64,000 nucleotides of DNA. It comes from Bryobacterales bacterium. GTDB lineage: Bacteria; Acidobacteriota; Terriglobia; Bryobacterales; UBA6623. The position numbers and the translations under genes were made by a program. This document shows positions 23,012 through 31,609 of the stretch, piece by piece (the stretch's first letter is position 1; each line of letters begins with the position of its first letter). The stretch is taken from the NCBI GenBank assembly GCA_963422375.2, contig OY729428.2:1888001-1952000 (forward strand), in the 5' to 3' direction. A model generated the notes under the pieces. That model was not told where the DNA came from, ran no database searches, and saw nothing but the letters and a program-made list of their open reading frames with translations.

Positions 23012-24341
23012 GGAGTAGCCCGGGAAGTTGTCCCTGGCTGTCGGCGAATCGATCCACGGGAGCGCCGAAGGCGTCGAGCAGCGCTAGGTACAGGTCCGCC
23101 AAGGGATGGTCTTCCGGGTAGACCAAGTGCCGGCCCGAGTCGATCCGCCCGGCCCCGCGCCCGCCGAGAAGGATCGGAAGCTTGCGGGGATCGTGCCGGT
23201 GGCCGTCGGACAGAGCCGAGGCGAAGACGATCATCGAGTTGAACAGCACGTTGGAGTCGCCCTCCGGCATGGCGGCCAGCCTGCCTAGGAGGTACGCGAA
23301 CTGCTCCACGTGCCAGCGATTGACGAGCTTGTACTCCGCGAGCTTCTCTGCCTTGTTCCCGTGGTGCGAGACGTCGTGGTGCCCGGCAGTGACCCCGTCG
23401 AGGAACCGGAAGCTGACGTTGCTCACGGCGTTGCCGAACATGAACGTGGCGATGCGCGTCGTGTCCGACTGGAAGGCGATGGCGACCATGTCGAGCATCA
23501 GCCTCACGTGCTCTAGATGGCCGGAAGGCTGATCGGTCGGAGCTTCGCGCGGGTCGAAGGTCGCGCGCGCCCTCCACGTCCTGTTCCGAGGATCGGAAGA
23601 CCGCTCGATGCGCTTCTCCAGGGATCGCACCGACGAGAGGTACTCGTCGAGCCGCGACCTGTCGGCGGAGCCTAGCCCGCTACGGAGCCGCTTCGCGTCC
23701 TTCAGTACCCTGTCCAGGAGGAGAGAGTCCAGCCGCGCTTCGGAGCTAGCGGAGCCGCTCGCCGCTCGGAACAGCCTCTCGTAGACCGATCTCGGGTTGA
23801 GCTCGCGAGCCAGCGGCGTAGTGGGCGAGGCCCAGGAGACATGCGATCCGTAGACCCGCGTGTAGCCCACCACCGCGTCGTTTCCCACCGCGACCGGCGT
23901 CACTCCCAGCTCCAGCGAGGGAAGCGGCGTAAGGTCTCCCCGGGCCTTCGCCGCGACTTGGTCGAACGAGATGCCGTTACGCAGATCCGCCCCTTGGGTC
24001 TTCTTGATACGGGAGCACGTGAGAATCGAAGACTCCTTGACGTAGTGTCCGTCGCCGTCCTTGGCCTGCTCGTTCCAGAGGTTGCTCAGGACGGCCACGT
24101 CTCGCCGGACAGGGGCGAGCGGCTCGAGGCTGGGCGTGAGGGCAAAGTCCCGGCCCGCTTCCGCGGGCGTCCAGGATTCCGGGTAGGCCCCGTTCGGCAT
24201 GTAGAGTGCCGCGAGACGGACGGGCGCGCGCTCGGACCGTCCGGGCTTGGCCGCCATGGCCTCGAGCCACGGCAGGCCCAAGGCCAGCCCGCCGCCTCGG
24301 AGCAGCGCCCGTCGCGACATCTGGACGGTGCGAGCGTTCAT
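23004..24341 (-). CDS. DUF1552 domain protein (Tat-like)
   Basis: SRRALLRG.G..LGLPWLEAM, YMPNG, LPSLELG, LDEYL.SVR.LE.RI, AFQSD.TR, HH.VSHH. ATG overlaps the upstream TGA. Confidence 0.92.
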   Translation of the reverse strand: MNARTVQMSRRALLRGGGLALGLPWLEAMAAKPGRSERAPVRLAALYMPNGAYPESWTPAEAGRDFALTPSLEPLAPVRRDVAVLSNLWNEQAKDGDGHYVKESSILTCSRIKKTQGADLRNGISFDQVAAKARGDLTPLPSLELGVTPVAVGNDAVVGYTRVYGSHVSWASPTTPLARELNPRSVYERLFRAASGSASSEARLDSLLLDRVLKDAKRLRSGLGSADRSRLDEYLSSVRSLEKRIERSSDPRNRTWRARATFDPREAPTDQPSGHLEHVRLMLDMVAIAFQSDTTRIATFMFGNAVSNVSFRFLDGVTAGHHDVSHHGNKAEKLAEYKLVNRWHVEQFAYLLGRLAAMPEGDSNVLFNSMIVFASALSDGHRHDPRKLPILLGGRGAGRIDSGRHLVYPEDHPLADLYLALLDAFGAPVDRFADSQGQLPGLLHA

Positions 24342-26266
24342 CGACCGGACCTCCGTGCGGTGGCGGGAGTCGGCGCATCGGCTCCTAGGAATGGCTCGCT
24401 CAGCACGATCGCCCGCGCCAGCGACCAAGCCTCGAAATCCTGCCCCTGGACGCTGTCGACAATCGTTTCCACGGTGCAGGAGTTGGCCGGAGTCAGCCCT
24501 CTTCCAAGAGCATACCCCAGCATCCGCTTCGCCAAGTTGCGCAAGAACAGCGTTTTCCGGTCTAGGAGTGCCCTCTTGAGCTCGCTCGGGCCATCGAAAC
24601 CCGTGCCGTCGGGAAGCCGCCCGGATGCGTCCACCGGGACGCCCGCCTGTTCGTCGCGCCACCGCCCGACCACGTCGTAGTTCTCGAGCGCGAATCCGAG
24701 CGGGTCGATGTGCGCGTGACACCCGGAGCAGGCTGCGCTGCGGCTGTGGTTCGCCAGCAGATCCCGGTTGGTCGCGGCATCTTCCCCGCTTGTCGGCTCC
24801 TGCAGCTCGGGTACTTCGGGGGGCGGCGGAGGGGGCGGAGTACCGAGGATCGAATCCAGGATCCACACCCCCCGCAGCACGGGACTCGTCCGATGCGGGT
24901 GGGAGGCGACCGCCGCCACGGCCGGCATGGCCAGCAGGCCTCCGCGCTCGACGCCCTCGGGTAGTTCCATCCAGTTGGGGTTCTTTGCGTCCTGCTGCTT
25001 CTTCATCGGAAGATCCAGGTGCCTGATGAGATTGCTCGTCAGCACCGTGCCTTCGGAGTCGAGAAAGTCCAGCAGGGAGCGGTTCTCGCGGAAGATCTCC
25101 AGGAAAAAGAACACCGGCTGGAGCCGGATGTCGCCACGCATCTCTGCGCTGGCGGCGTATCCGGGAAACAGGTCCGGGTCGGGCCCGCGAGCGCCTGCCA
25201 ATTCCCGCGTGCGCAGCCATTGCTCGGTGAAGCGCGTCGCGAACTCCAGCGCCCGCGGACTTCGCAGCATGCGCGGCACGATCCGCCGCAGCACCTCCGG
25301 ATCGTCCATCCGCCCATCGGCCGCGATGTCGAGCAGGAACTCGTCCGGCATGCTGCCCCACAGGAAATAGGAGATCCGGGATGCGAGCGCGTACTGCCTC
25401 CGCGCGGGAGCGCCGGTGCCGCCGTTGACGTGGAACAGGAAGGCCGGCGAGACGAGCGCCCCGCGCAGCGCGAAGAAGACGGCCGGCTCGAAGGCCTGGC
25501 CCAAGCGCCTCGCCTTGCGGAAGAGCCGCAGGTAGGCCTCGACCTCCTCTCTCGCTACCGGCCGGCGAAACGCCCGCGGAAGGAACCGTGCCAGGATCCT
25601 TCGCGCGGCCTCGCGCTCGGGCACGCCGGGTCCCGGGCGCGCGACTAGGATCCGCCGCTTGGACTTGAATTCCTTGGAGGCGACATCGACGGCGAATCGC
25701 GCGGCGTCGAAGTACTTCTCAGTGAGCAGGGGCGATATGAACAGAGTCTCGGCCGCGTTGTCGAAACCCTCGCCCCCGGGGCCGTCGGCAGGCAGCATTC
25801 CGCTCACGTCGATCTGGATGTCGAGAAGGTCCCGCACGGTCGCGGCGTACTCTTCCCGGTTCAGGCGGCGGTTCAGGGCGGGTGGCGGTTCGAGCCCGGC
25901 TGCGCACGCCTGCGCCCTCCAGGCGGTCCGGGTCCACTCGACGAACCGGAGGCGCTCCTCGAGCGGGGGCCGGGGAGCGCCTGTCGGCGGCATTTCGTGG
26001 TCGGCGACGCGCGTTGACAGCGCGACCCAGTCGTCGGGACGCTCCCGGAACGACGCGACGCTCGCGAGCGTGTCGGTGCGGAACCCCGCCTCGGCGCCCT
26101 CGCCTCGATGGCACGTGTCGCAATGCGCTTCTAGGAAGCGTCGCGCCTCGCCGAATCCGCCGTCGCCTGCGGCGGGACGGGCCGTCGCAGGAACCAGGAC
26201 GAGCAGGCAGGCCGCACCCGCGCCGTTCCGGAACGGGACCCGCGCCAGCACTGCCGACTTCCTCAC
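24338..26266 (-). CDS. DUF1592/1588/1587/1585/1595 protein with two CxxCH motifs
   Basis: CDTCH, RRLNREEY..TVRDL, GFDN, AFRRP, LASRISYFLWGSMPD, TSPVLRGVW, CSGCH..IDPLGFALENYD..GRWR, YALGR. Start approximate. Confidence 0.92.
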   Translation of the reverse strand: MRKSAVLARVPFRNGAGAACLLVLVPATARPAAGDGGFGEARRFLEAHCDTCHRGEGAEAGFRTDTLASVASFRERPDDWVALSTRVADHEMPPTGAPRPPLEERLRFVEWTRTAWRAQACAAGLEPPPALNRRLNREEYAATVRDLLDIQIDVSGMLPADGPGGEGFDNAAETLFISPLLTEKYFDAARFAVDVASKEFKSKRRILVARPGPGVPEREAARRILARFLPRAFRRPVAREEVEAYLRLFRKARRLGQAFEPAVFFALRGALVSPAFLFHVNGGTGAPARRQYALASRISYFLWGSMPDEFLLDIAADGRMDDPEVLRRIVPRMLRSPRALEFATRFTEQWLRTRELAGARGPDPDLFPGYAASAEMRGDIRLQPVFFFLEIFRENRSLLDFLDSEGTVLTSNLIRHLDLPMKKQQDAKNPNWMELPEGVERGGLLAMPAVAAVASHPHRTSPVLRGVWILDSILGTPPPPPPPEVPELQEPTSGEDAATNRDLLANHSRSAACSGCHAHIDPLGFALENYDVVGRWRDEQAGVPVDASGRLPDGTGFDGPSELKRALLDRKTLFLRNLAKRMLGYALGRGLTPANSCTVETIVDSVQGQDFEAWSLARAIVLSEPFLGADAPTPATARRSGR

Positions 26267-26358
26267 CTCATCCGGGACGTGGGGCTGGAATGGACGCGAG
26301 GGCGGAGGGCGTGTGATAGCGTAAGGGGAGATGGCGGCCGTGCCGCCACATTCCGCGA

Positions 26359-26434
26359 GCCACGATAGCTCAGCTGGTAGAGCAGCGGTTTCGTAAACCG
26401 CAGGTCGTCGGTTCGAGTCCGACTCGTGGCTCCA
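26359..26434 (+). tRNA. tRNA-Thr (CGT)
   Basis: GCCACGA/TCGTGGC acceptor stem, anticodon arm GCGGT-TTCGTAA-ACCGC, GGTTCGAGTCC T-arm, encoded CCA. Confidence 0.97.
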
Positions 26435-26641
26435 TCCCGCATTCCCTCCGATTGTATCCCTTTGCCCCGAGACGGAACGGCTTGGGGAAGTGCTCCAACT
26501 CGGAGCGTGGCGTCTTCCGATCAAGACCGCGGAGGTCCGGGACCGCGCGCGTCGCGGGGCCGTTGGGCGGGTATGCTCGTAGGGCCTTCCCTGTAGGGAT
26601 GCCGGAGCGGTTCCCCTGCATCGAGCTGCACTCCAGCTGGC

Positions 26642-27760
26642 ATGAGAATCACCGACGTCGAAGCCATCTACCTGCGTTCGGAGCGGGTCAGGGAAGTCTG
26701 CGACTCCGGCCAGGACGCACTGATCGTGCGCGTCCACACCGACGCGGGCATCACCGGGCTGGGGGAGGTGGACTCGAGCCCGCTCGCGGCCAAGGGCGCG
26801 ATCGAGGGCCCGTACTCGCACACGGTGACGAGCGGCCTGCGCGAGCTGGTGATCGGCGAGGATCCCTTCGAGACAGAAAAGATCTGGCACCGTATGTACA
26901 CCGGCAACCTCTACGGGGGGCGGCGCGGCGCGGGCTTCCACGCCATGAGCGGCATCGACATCGCCTTGTGGGACATCAAGGGCAAGGCGCTCGGCATGCC
27001 GATATGGAAGCTGCTGGGCGGCGGCTTCCGGGACCGGATTCGCTGCTACGCCAGCTCGCTGTGGGGACCGACGCCCGCGGCGACGCGAGATCTGGCCAGG
27101 CGTTATGCCGACCGCGGTTTCGACGCGGTGAAGTTCGGGTGGGAACCGATGGGGCGCGACGAGGCCACCGACGTCGCGCTGGTCCGCCAGGCCCGTCGAG
27201 GGCTCGGTGACGGTCCCGACCTACTCGTCGACGCCGGCCTCGTTTGGGACGCGAAGACCGCCATACGGCGGGTTCGAGCCTTCGAGGAGCACCGCATTTT
27301 CTGGCTCGAGGAGCCCCTGATGCCGGACGACTACGACGGCTACCGGCGGCTCAGTGAAGCGGTGGACACGCGCATCGCCGCCGGAGAGGAGGAGAGCAAC
27401 CGGGCCTCCTTTCTCGAACTGATGGACCGCGGCAGGATCGACGTGGTGCAGGTCGACCTGACGCGCGCGGGAGGGTTCACGGAGGCGGTCAAGATCGCCT
27501 CGTTAGCGCAAGACCGCGGCCTTCCGGTCGCAAATCACGGCTTCACCACCTATGTCAACGTCGCCGCGGCGCTGCACTTCCTGAACGCGGTTCCAAACGC
27601 CCTCATCGCCGAGTACGTTGCCGAGGAGGAGACGACGCTGCGGGACCGGATCACCAGGCAGCGCATCGTTGCCAAGGACGGCATGCTGGCCATGCCGACT
27701 GAGCCCGGCTTGGGCGTTGACCTTGACGAGGATGCGGTCGAACGCTTGCGGATCGCATAG
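26642..27760 (+). CDS. Mandelate racemase/muconate lactonizing enzyme family protein
   Basis: TDAGITGLGE, SGIDIALWDIKGK, LLVDAG, WLEEP, AAGEE, PGLGVD. Confidence 0.93.
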   Translation: MRITDVEAIYLRSERVREVCDSGQDALIVRVHTDAGITGLGEVDSSPLAAKGAIEGPYSHTVTSGLRELVIGEDPFETEKIWHRMYTGNLYGGRRGAGFHAMSGIDIALWDIKGKALGMPIWKLLGGGFRDRIRCYASSLWGPTPAATRDLARRYADRGFDAVKFGWEPMGRDEATDVALVRQARRGLGDGPDLLVDAGLVWDAKTAIRRVRAFEEHRIFWLEEPLMPDDYDGYRRLSEAVDTRIAAGEEESNRASFLELMDRGRIDVVQVDLTRAGGFTEAVKIASLAQDRGLPVANHGFTTYVNVAAALHFLNAVPNALIAEYVAEEETTLRDRITRQRIVAKDGMLAMPTEPGLGVDLDEDAVERLRIA

Positions 27761-27765
27761 GGAAT

Positions 27766-28798
27766 CCTGATTACCCACAAGACTCAGCCAAGGTTAAGAG
27801 GCGGTAAGGCATGGGCGGGGTGCGCACGGAGGCGTGGAGCAGGCGGGGGACCAGCACCTGCAGATCGTAGCGGCGGTTGAAGCGGTAGCAGAACTCGGCG
27901 AGGTACCGCGGCAGGTGCTTGCCGTGGAGCGAATGGCAGGTTCCCGCCAGGGACTGCTTGACGTTCGCCAGCATCGTGTTGACCCGGAAGAAGCGGGAAT
28001 CCCCGCAGCTCCGCTTCCCGCCTCCGGTGACGGTCGGCACGTGCTCGCAGCCGGCGTCGGCCACGCCCCGGAAGCAGGCCAAGCCGTCGGAATGCACCTC
28101 CGTGCCGGGCTGCAAGTGCCGCCCGGCCCACGCTGCCAACGTCTTCTTGCGGAAGCCCGCCACGCTGCTCAGGCGCATCCTTGCCGGCTGGCCGGCGGCG
28201 GTGACCTGCACGGCGGCCACGAACGGCGTCTTGCCCGCCGCGCCGCGCCCGCGCTTGCCGCCGGTCCGCTCCCCGCCCCAGTAGGCGTCGTCCACTTGCA
28301 CGATGCCGCCCAGCGGCACGCGCTCGTCGCGCTCCTTCATCACTTGCAAGAGCTTGTGCTTCATCTTCCAAGCCGTGTTCTGGCTCACGCCCAGCTGCCG
28401 CGCCAGTTCCAGCGAGGAAACGCCGTGCTTGCCCTGCGTCAGCAGGTGGAGCGCCAGGAACCAGACGGTCAGCGGCAGCTTGGTGGCAGCGAAGATCGTG
28501 CCGGCGACCAGGGAGGTCTGGCGGTGGCAGGCATGGCACTGCCAGAGCTTGCGGGAGCGGATGCGGCAGTGCCGCCGGGAGCCGCACTCCGGGCAGCGGA
28601 AGCCGTCCGGCCAGCGGGCCTTGAAGACGGCCTGCTCGCATGGCCCCTCGCTGCCGTAGCGCTGCAGGAACTTGCCCAGGCTGAGTCCCTTCTGGAATTG
28701 CACGCGATTGCGTTTCATCTGCTATCCCCTTTCCTGTCAGAGATTTCCGACCTCCTTCAGTATAGCATATCCTCGGCTGACGTTCGTTGGTAATCAGG
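27766..28798 (-). mobile_element. IS1595-family element (1033 bp) inserted at the left end of the neighbouring MITE
   Basis: About 28-bp imperfect IRs starting CCTGATTACC. 8-bp TSD TAGGGAAT at 27758-27765 and 28799-28806. Confidence 0.92.
27771..28718 (-). CDS. IS1595-family transposase (open frame, some conserved residues altered)
   Basis: RWPDGFRCPEC..C..C zinc ribbon, VQVDDAYWGG, GRGA.GK, SDG, YLAEFCYRFNRR. Confidence 0.9.
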   Translation of the reverse strand: MKRNRVQFQKGLSLGKFLQRYGSEGPCEQAVFKARWPDGFRCPECGSRRHCRIRSRKLWQCHACHRQTSLVAGTIFAATKLPLTVWFLALHLLTQGKHGVSSLELARQLGVSQNTAWKMKHKLLQVMKERDERVPLGGIVQVDDAYWGGERTGGKRGRGAAGKTPFVAAVQVTAAGQPARMRLSSVAGFRKKTLAAWAGRHLQPGTEVHSDGLACFRGVADAGCEHVPTVTGGGKRSCGDSRFFRVNTMLANVKQSLAGTCHSLHGKHLPRYLAEFCYRFNRRYDLQVLVPRLLHASVRTPPMPYRLLTLAESCG

Positions 28799-28800
28799 TA

Positions 28801-29224
28801 GGGAATTATATATCTGAGTGCCGACAACGCCATGTCCGACTAGAACTGCCCTGAGCGGGGAGGTCGGCGTCGAGCTCGGGTCATTCGAGTGCGGCCGCGG
28901 TGGGCACGGAAGGGTGGGCCGCGCCGGACTGCACGCTGGAGCCGCGGCAGTGGGGGCATGCCGGACCGTCGGGCCAGCGCATGGAGGCGACCACTTTTTC
29001 GCGGATTCGTCATCGCGGAACATGGCGATCACTTCAATCAGGGTGATGCCTTTACGAAACCACTTTCCGGGACTTTTCTACTTTATAGACGACCTCATAT
29101 ATTGGAACTATTCTATCAAAATACCCCACCAACTGTCAACAGATCTCCGGAAGAAATATGAAATTAATTTATGGACTGATAATTTGCAAAATTGGTTGAC
29201 TCGGCACTCAGATATATAATTCCC
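28801..29224. mobile_element. 424-bp internally deleted derivative (MITE) of the IS1595 element at 43813-45306
   Basis: Perfect 24-bp IR GGGAATTATATATCTGAGTGCCGA. 8-bp TSD ATCGCATA at 27752-27759 and 29225-29232. Retains only the transposase N-terminus. Confidence 0.92.
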
Positions 29225-29363
29225 ATCGCATAGCCCGCGGCGTTCGACGCGTCTGGGCGCTGCGGTGGCGAGAGACGCCTCTCGAAATTCGATGTCCGGG
29301 AGCCGATACGGCCCCCGGAAGGCAGCGCTGCCGGCCCGGGCTAGGACCTTCGGACGCGGAGCC

Positions 29364-30188
29364 CTATTCGTCTGCCGCCTCGATTCGGAATGAGTGCTCC
29401 TTGAGCGTCTTGACGTGGTCGCCCTTGGACTTGGCGTTCAGCGGGTTTCCTTGAAGGGAAACGGCCCAGTACCGAGCGAAGCGGCTGTCGCCGGCGATGT
29501 CCTTCTCGGCCATCTCGGCTAGGACGGTGATGTCGCTCACATTGTTGTTGCGCAGCGAAAGCCGCTGCAAGGACGTCAGGCCGGCCAGCGGCGTCAGATC
29601 CGACACCTGGTTGCCGTCGAGGTTGAGCGTCGAGAGGCGCTCGAGGGAGCCCACCGGTGAGACGTCGCCCACGGCGTTGTCCGCCACGTCCAGCGTCCAT
29701 AGCTTCGAGAGACCCTTGACAGGCGTGAGGTCGGCGATCTGATTCCCGGAGAGGTAGGCGGAGTTGAGTGCCTCGAGACCGGCCAGCGCAGAGATGTCCG
29801 CGACCTTGTTGTTCGACAGCTCGATGTACTGGAGCCGCTTCAGGTTGGCGAGCGGCGAGATGTCCTCGACTTGGTTGTCCGTGAGCGTCAGGCTCTGGAG
29901 GAGGTTGAGGCCCGCGACCGGCGTGAGGTCCGAAACCTCGTTGCCCGGGAGCTCTAGCAGCATCAGCCGCTTGCAGTGCTCGAGCCCGGTCAGGTCACGA
30001 ATTCCCTTGCTGCGGGCGGTGATCGTCGAGATTTGCGCCACGTCCTCTGCGGTAATCGGCTCTTCGGTGTTGCGTTTCTCAAACACGTAGTGCCGCACGG
30101 CGGCTTCCAAGTTCTTGTCCGGGAAGATGTCCGCCACGGCGGGCATCGTCATGGCGAGTCCGAGAATTACGGTCGCGGCTAGGCGCAT
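29364..30188 (-). CDS. Secreted internalin-like leucine-rich repeat protein
   Basis: Signal peptide, FPDKNLEAAVR cap, about 8 22-residue repeats of type L..L.L..N.V.DLTPL. Confidence 0.92.
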   Translation of the reverse strand: MRLAATVILGLAMTMPAVADIFPDKNLEAAVRHYVFEKRNTEEPITAEDVAQISTITARSKGIRDLTGLEHCKRLMLLELPGNEVSDLTPVAGLNLLQSLTLTDNQVEDISPLANLKRLQYIELSNNKVADISALAGLEALNSAYLSGNQIADLTPVKGLSKLWTLDVADNAVGDVSPVGSLERLSTLNLDGNQVSDLTPLAGLTSLQRLSLRNNNVSDITVLAEMAEKDIAGDSRFARYWAVSLQGNPLNAKSKGDHVKTLKEHSFRIEAADE

Positions 30189-30305
30189 GTCGCTTGCTCC
30201 TGATCCGGCACGGGGCCCTTGCATCCTGAACATGATACTATCCCGCCACCCAAGGGGGACGTTCGGCGCTGCTGTCGCAGGCCGGGGCGGCCGTTGCCCG
30301 CGCCG

Positions 30306-31499
30306 TCAGCCGACGATCGCCGAGTAGACGAGCACCCCGAACTTCGCCCTCAGGCTCAGGTCCCCGCTCGGACGCACCTGCACCATCAACACGGCGCAGA
30401 GATCCTCGGCCGGATCGACCCAGAACACGGTTCCCTGCGACCCTCCCCAGAAGAACGATCCCTCCGAATACGGCAGCCCCGCCCTTGCGCGGTCCAGCAC
30501 GACCGCGACTCCAAGGCCGAATCCGAGCCCCGGACGGTAGCTCGTGCCCTCCTCGAGGTGATTCGCGGCCATGAGGGTGACGCTACCGGGGGCAAGCAAG
30601 CGCCGGCCGCGGAATTCGCCGCCGTCGAGCAGCATCTGGCAAAAGCGCCAGTAGTCGGCGGCGGTCGTGTGCAGTCCACTGGCGCCCGAGACGAAGCTCC
30701 TCTGCCGGGACGCTTCGGCCGGTTCTCGCGATGAGCGCTCAGGATCGTCGTTCCCGTCGACGACGAGTGTCGCCCGGCGGTGCTCCTTGGACTCCGGCGG
30801 CCAGTAATGCGTGTCGGACATGCCCAGCGGATCGAGCAGGCGCTGTTGCAGGAACTGGTCGAGCCCCTGCCCGGCCACGCGCTCGACGAGGTGACCGAGC
30901 ACGTCTAAGGAGTCGCCGTATATCCACCTGCTGCCGGGCTCGGCTCGCAGGGGCGTCCTGGCGGATTCCCGCATCAGCTCCTGCATGGTCGGAAAGGCGT
31001 ACTTTTCGACGCGGGTCCGGCCGTCGTCGAAGCCCGACGTGTGAGTGAACAGGTGCTGCACCCGCATGGGGCGCTGCGCGGGCTTGGGCTCGCCGTCGTC
31101 GACCGCAACGAGGCGCCCGCCGAACTCCGGGATGTGCTTCGCCACCCGGTCGGAAAGCATGACCCGCCCTTCCTCGTACAGCATCAGGGCGGCTGCCGCT
31201 GTCAGCGGCTTCGTCATCGACGCCACGTCGAAGAGGGCGTCGAGTGGCATCGGATCGTTGCTGTCCATCCCAAGAGTTCCGGTGGCGCGATGGTGGACCA
31301 CTTTGCCCCTGCGGGCGACCAACGAGACGAACCCGGCGGCTTGCTGGCGTTCGACCATTCCGTCCAGCCACCGCTCCAATTGCGCTAGCCGTTCCGACGA
31401 CATGCCGACGGATTCCGGTTGCGCAAGGCGGATGGGCGGCGGGTCGGCAGCCAGGACGGCGGTCGACACCAGGACCGCGGCGACCAGTCGGGACCACAT
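30306..31499 (-). CDS. Serine hydrolase, beta-lactamase class C-like family
   Basis: Signal peptide, PESVGMS, F.VASMTK (SxxK), LFTHTSG, PG..W.Y, LLDPLGM.DT, WGG..GT.FWVDP. Confidence 0.92.
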   Translation of the reverse strand: MWSRLVAAVLVSTAVLAADPPPIRLAQPESVGMSSERLAQLERWLDGMVERQQAAGFVSLVARRGKVVHHRATGTLGMDSNDPMPLDALFDVASMTKPLTAAAALMLYEEGRVMLSDRVAKHIPEFGGRLVAVDDGEPKPAQRPMRVQHLFTHTSGFDDGRTRVEKYAFPTMQELMRESARTPLRAEPGSRWIYGDSLDVLGHLVERVAGQGLDQFLQQRLLDPLGMSDTHYWPPESKEHRRATLVVDGNDDPERSSREPAEASRQRSFVSGASGLHTTAADYWRFCQMLLDGGEFRGRRLLAPGSVTLMAANHLEEGTSYRPGLGFGLGVAVVLDRARAGLPYSEGSFFWGGSQGTVFWVDPAEDLCAVLMVQVRPSGDLSLRAKFGVLVYSAIVG

Positions 31500-31609
31500 G
31501 CGAGACAATTTCTGCTCCTCCGCTACAAGCGCGCCCATCGTAGCAGCGACTGTCTCCCGGCCTGGCAGCAGCCGTCCGAGCGGCCGCCGCGACTCGACGG
31601 CGCCACGGC

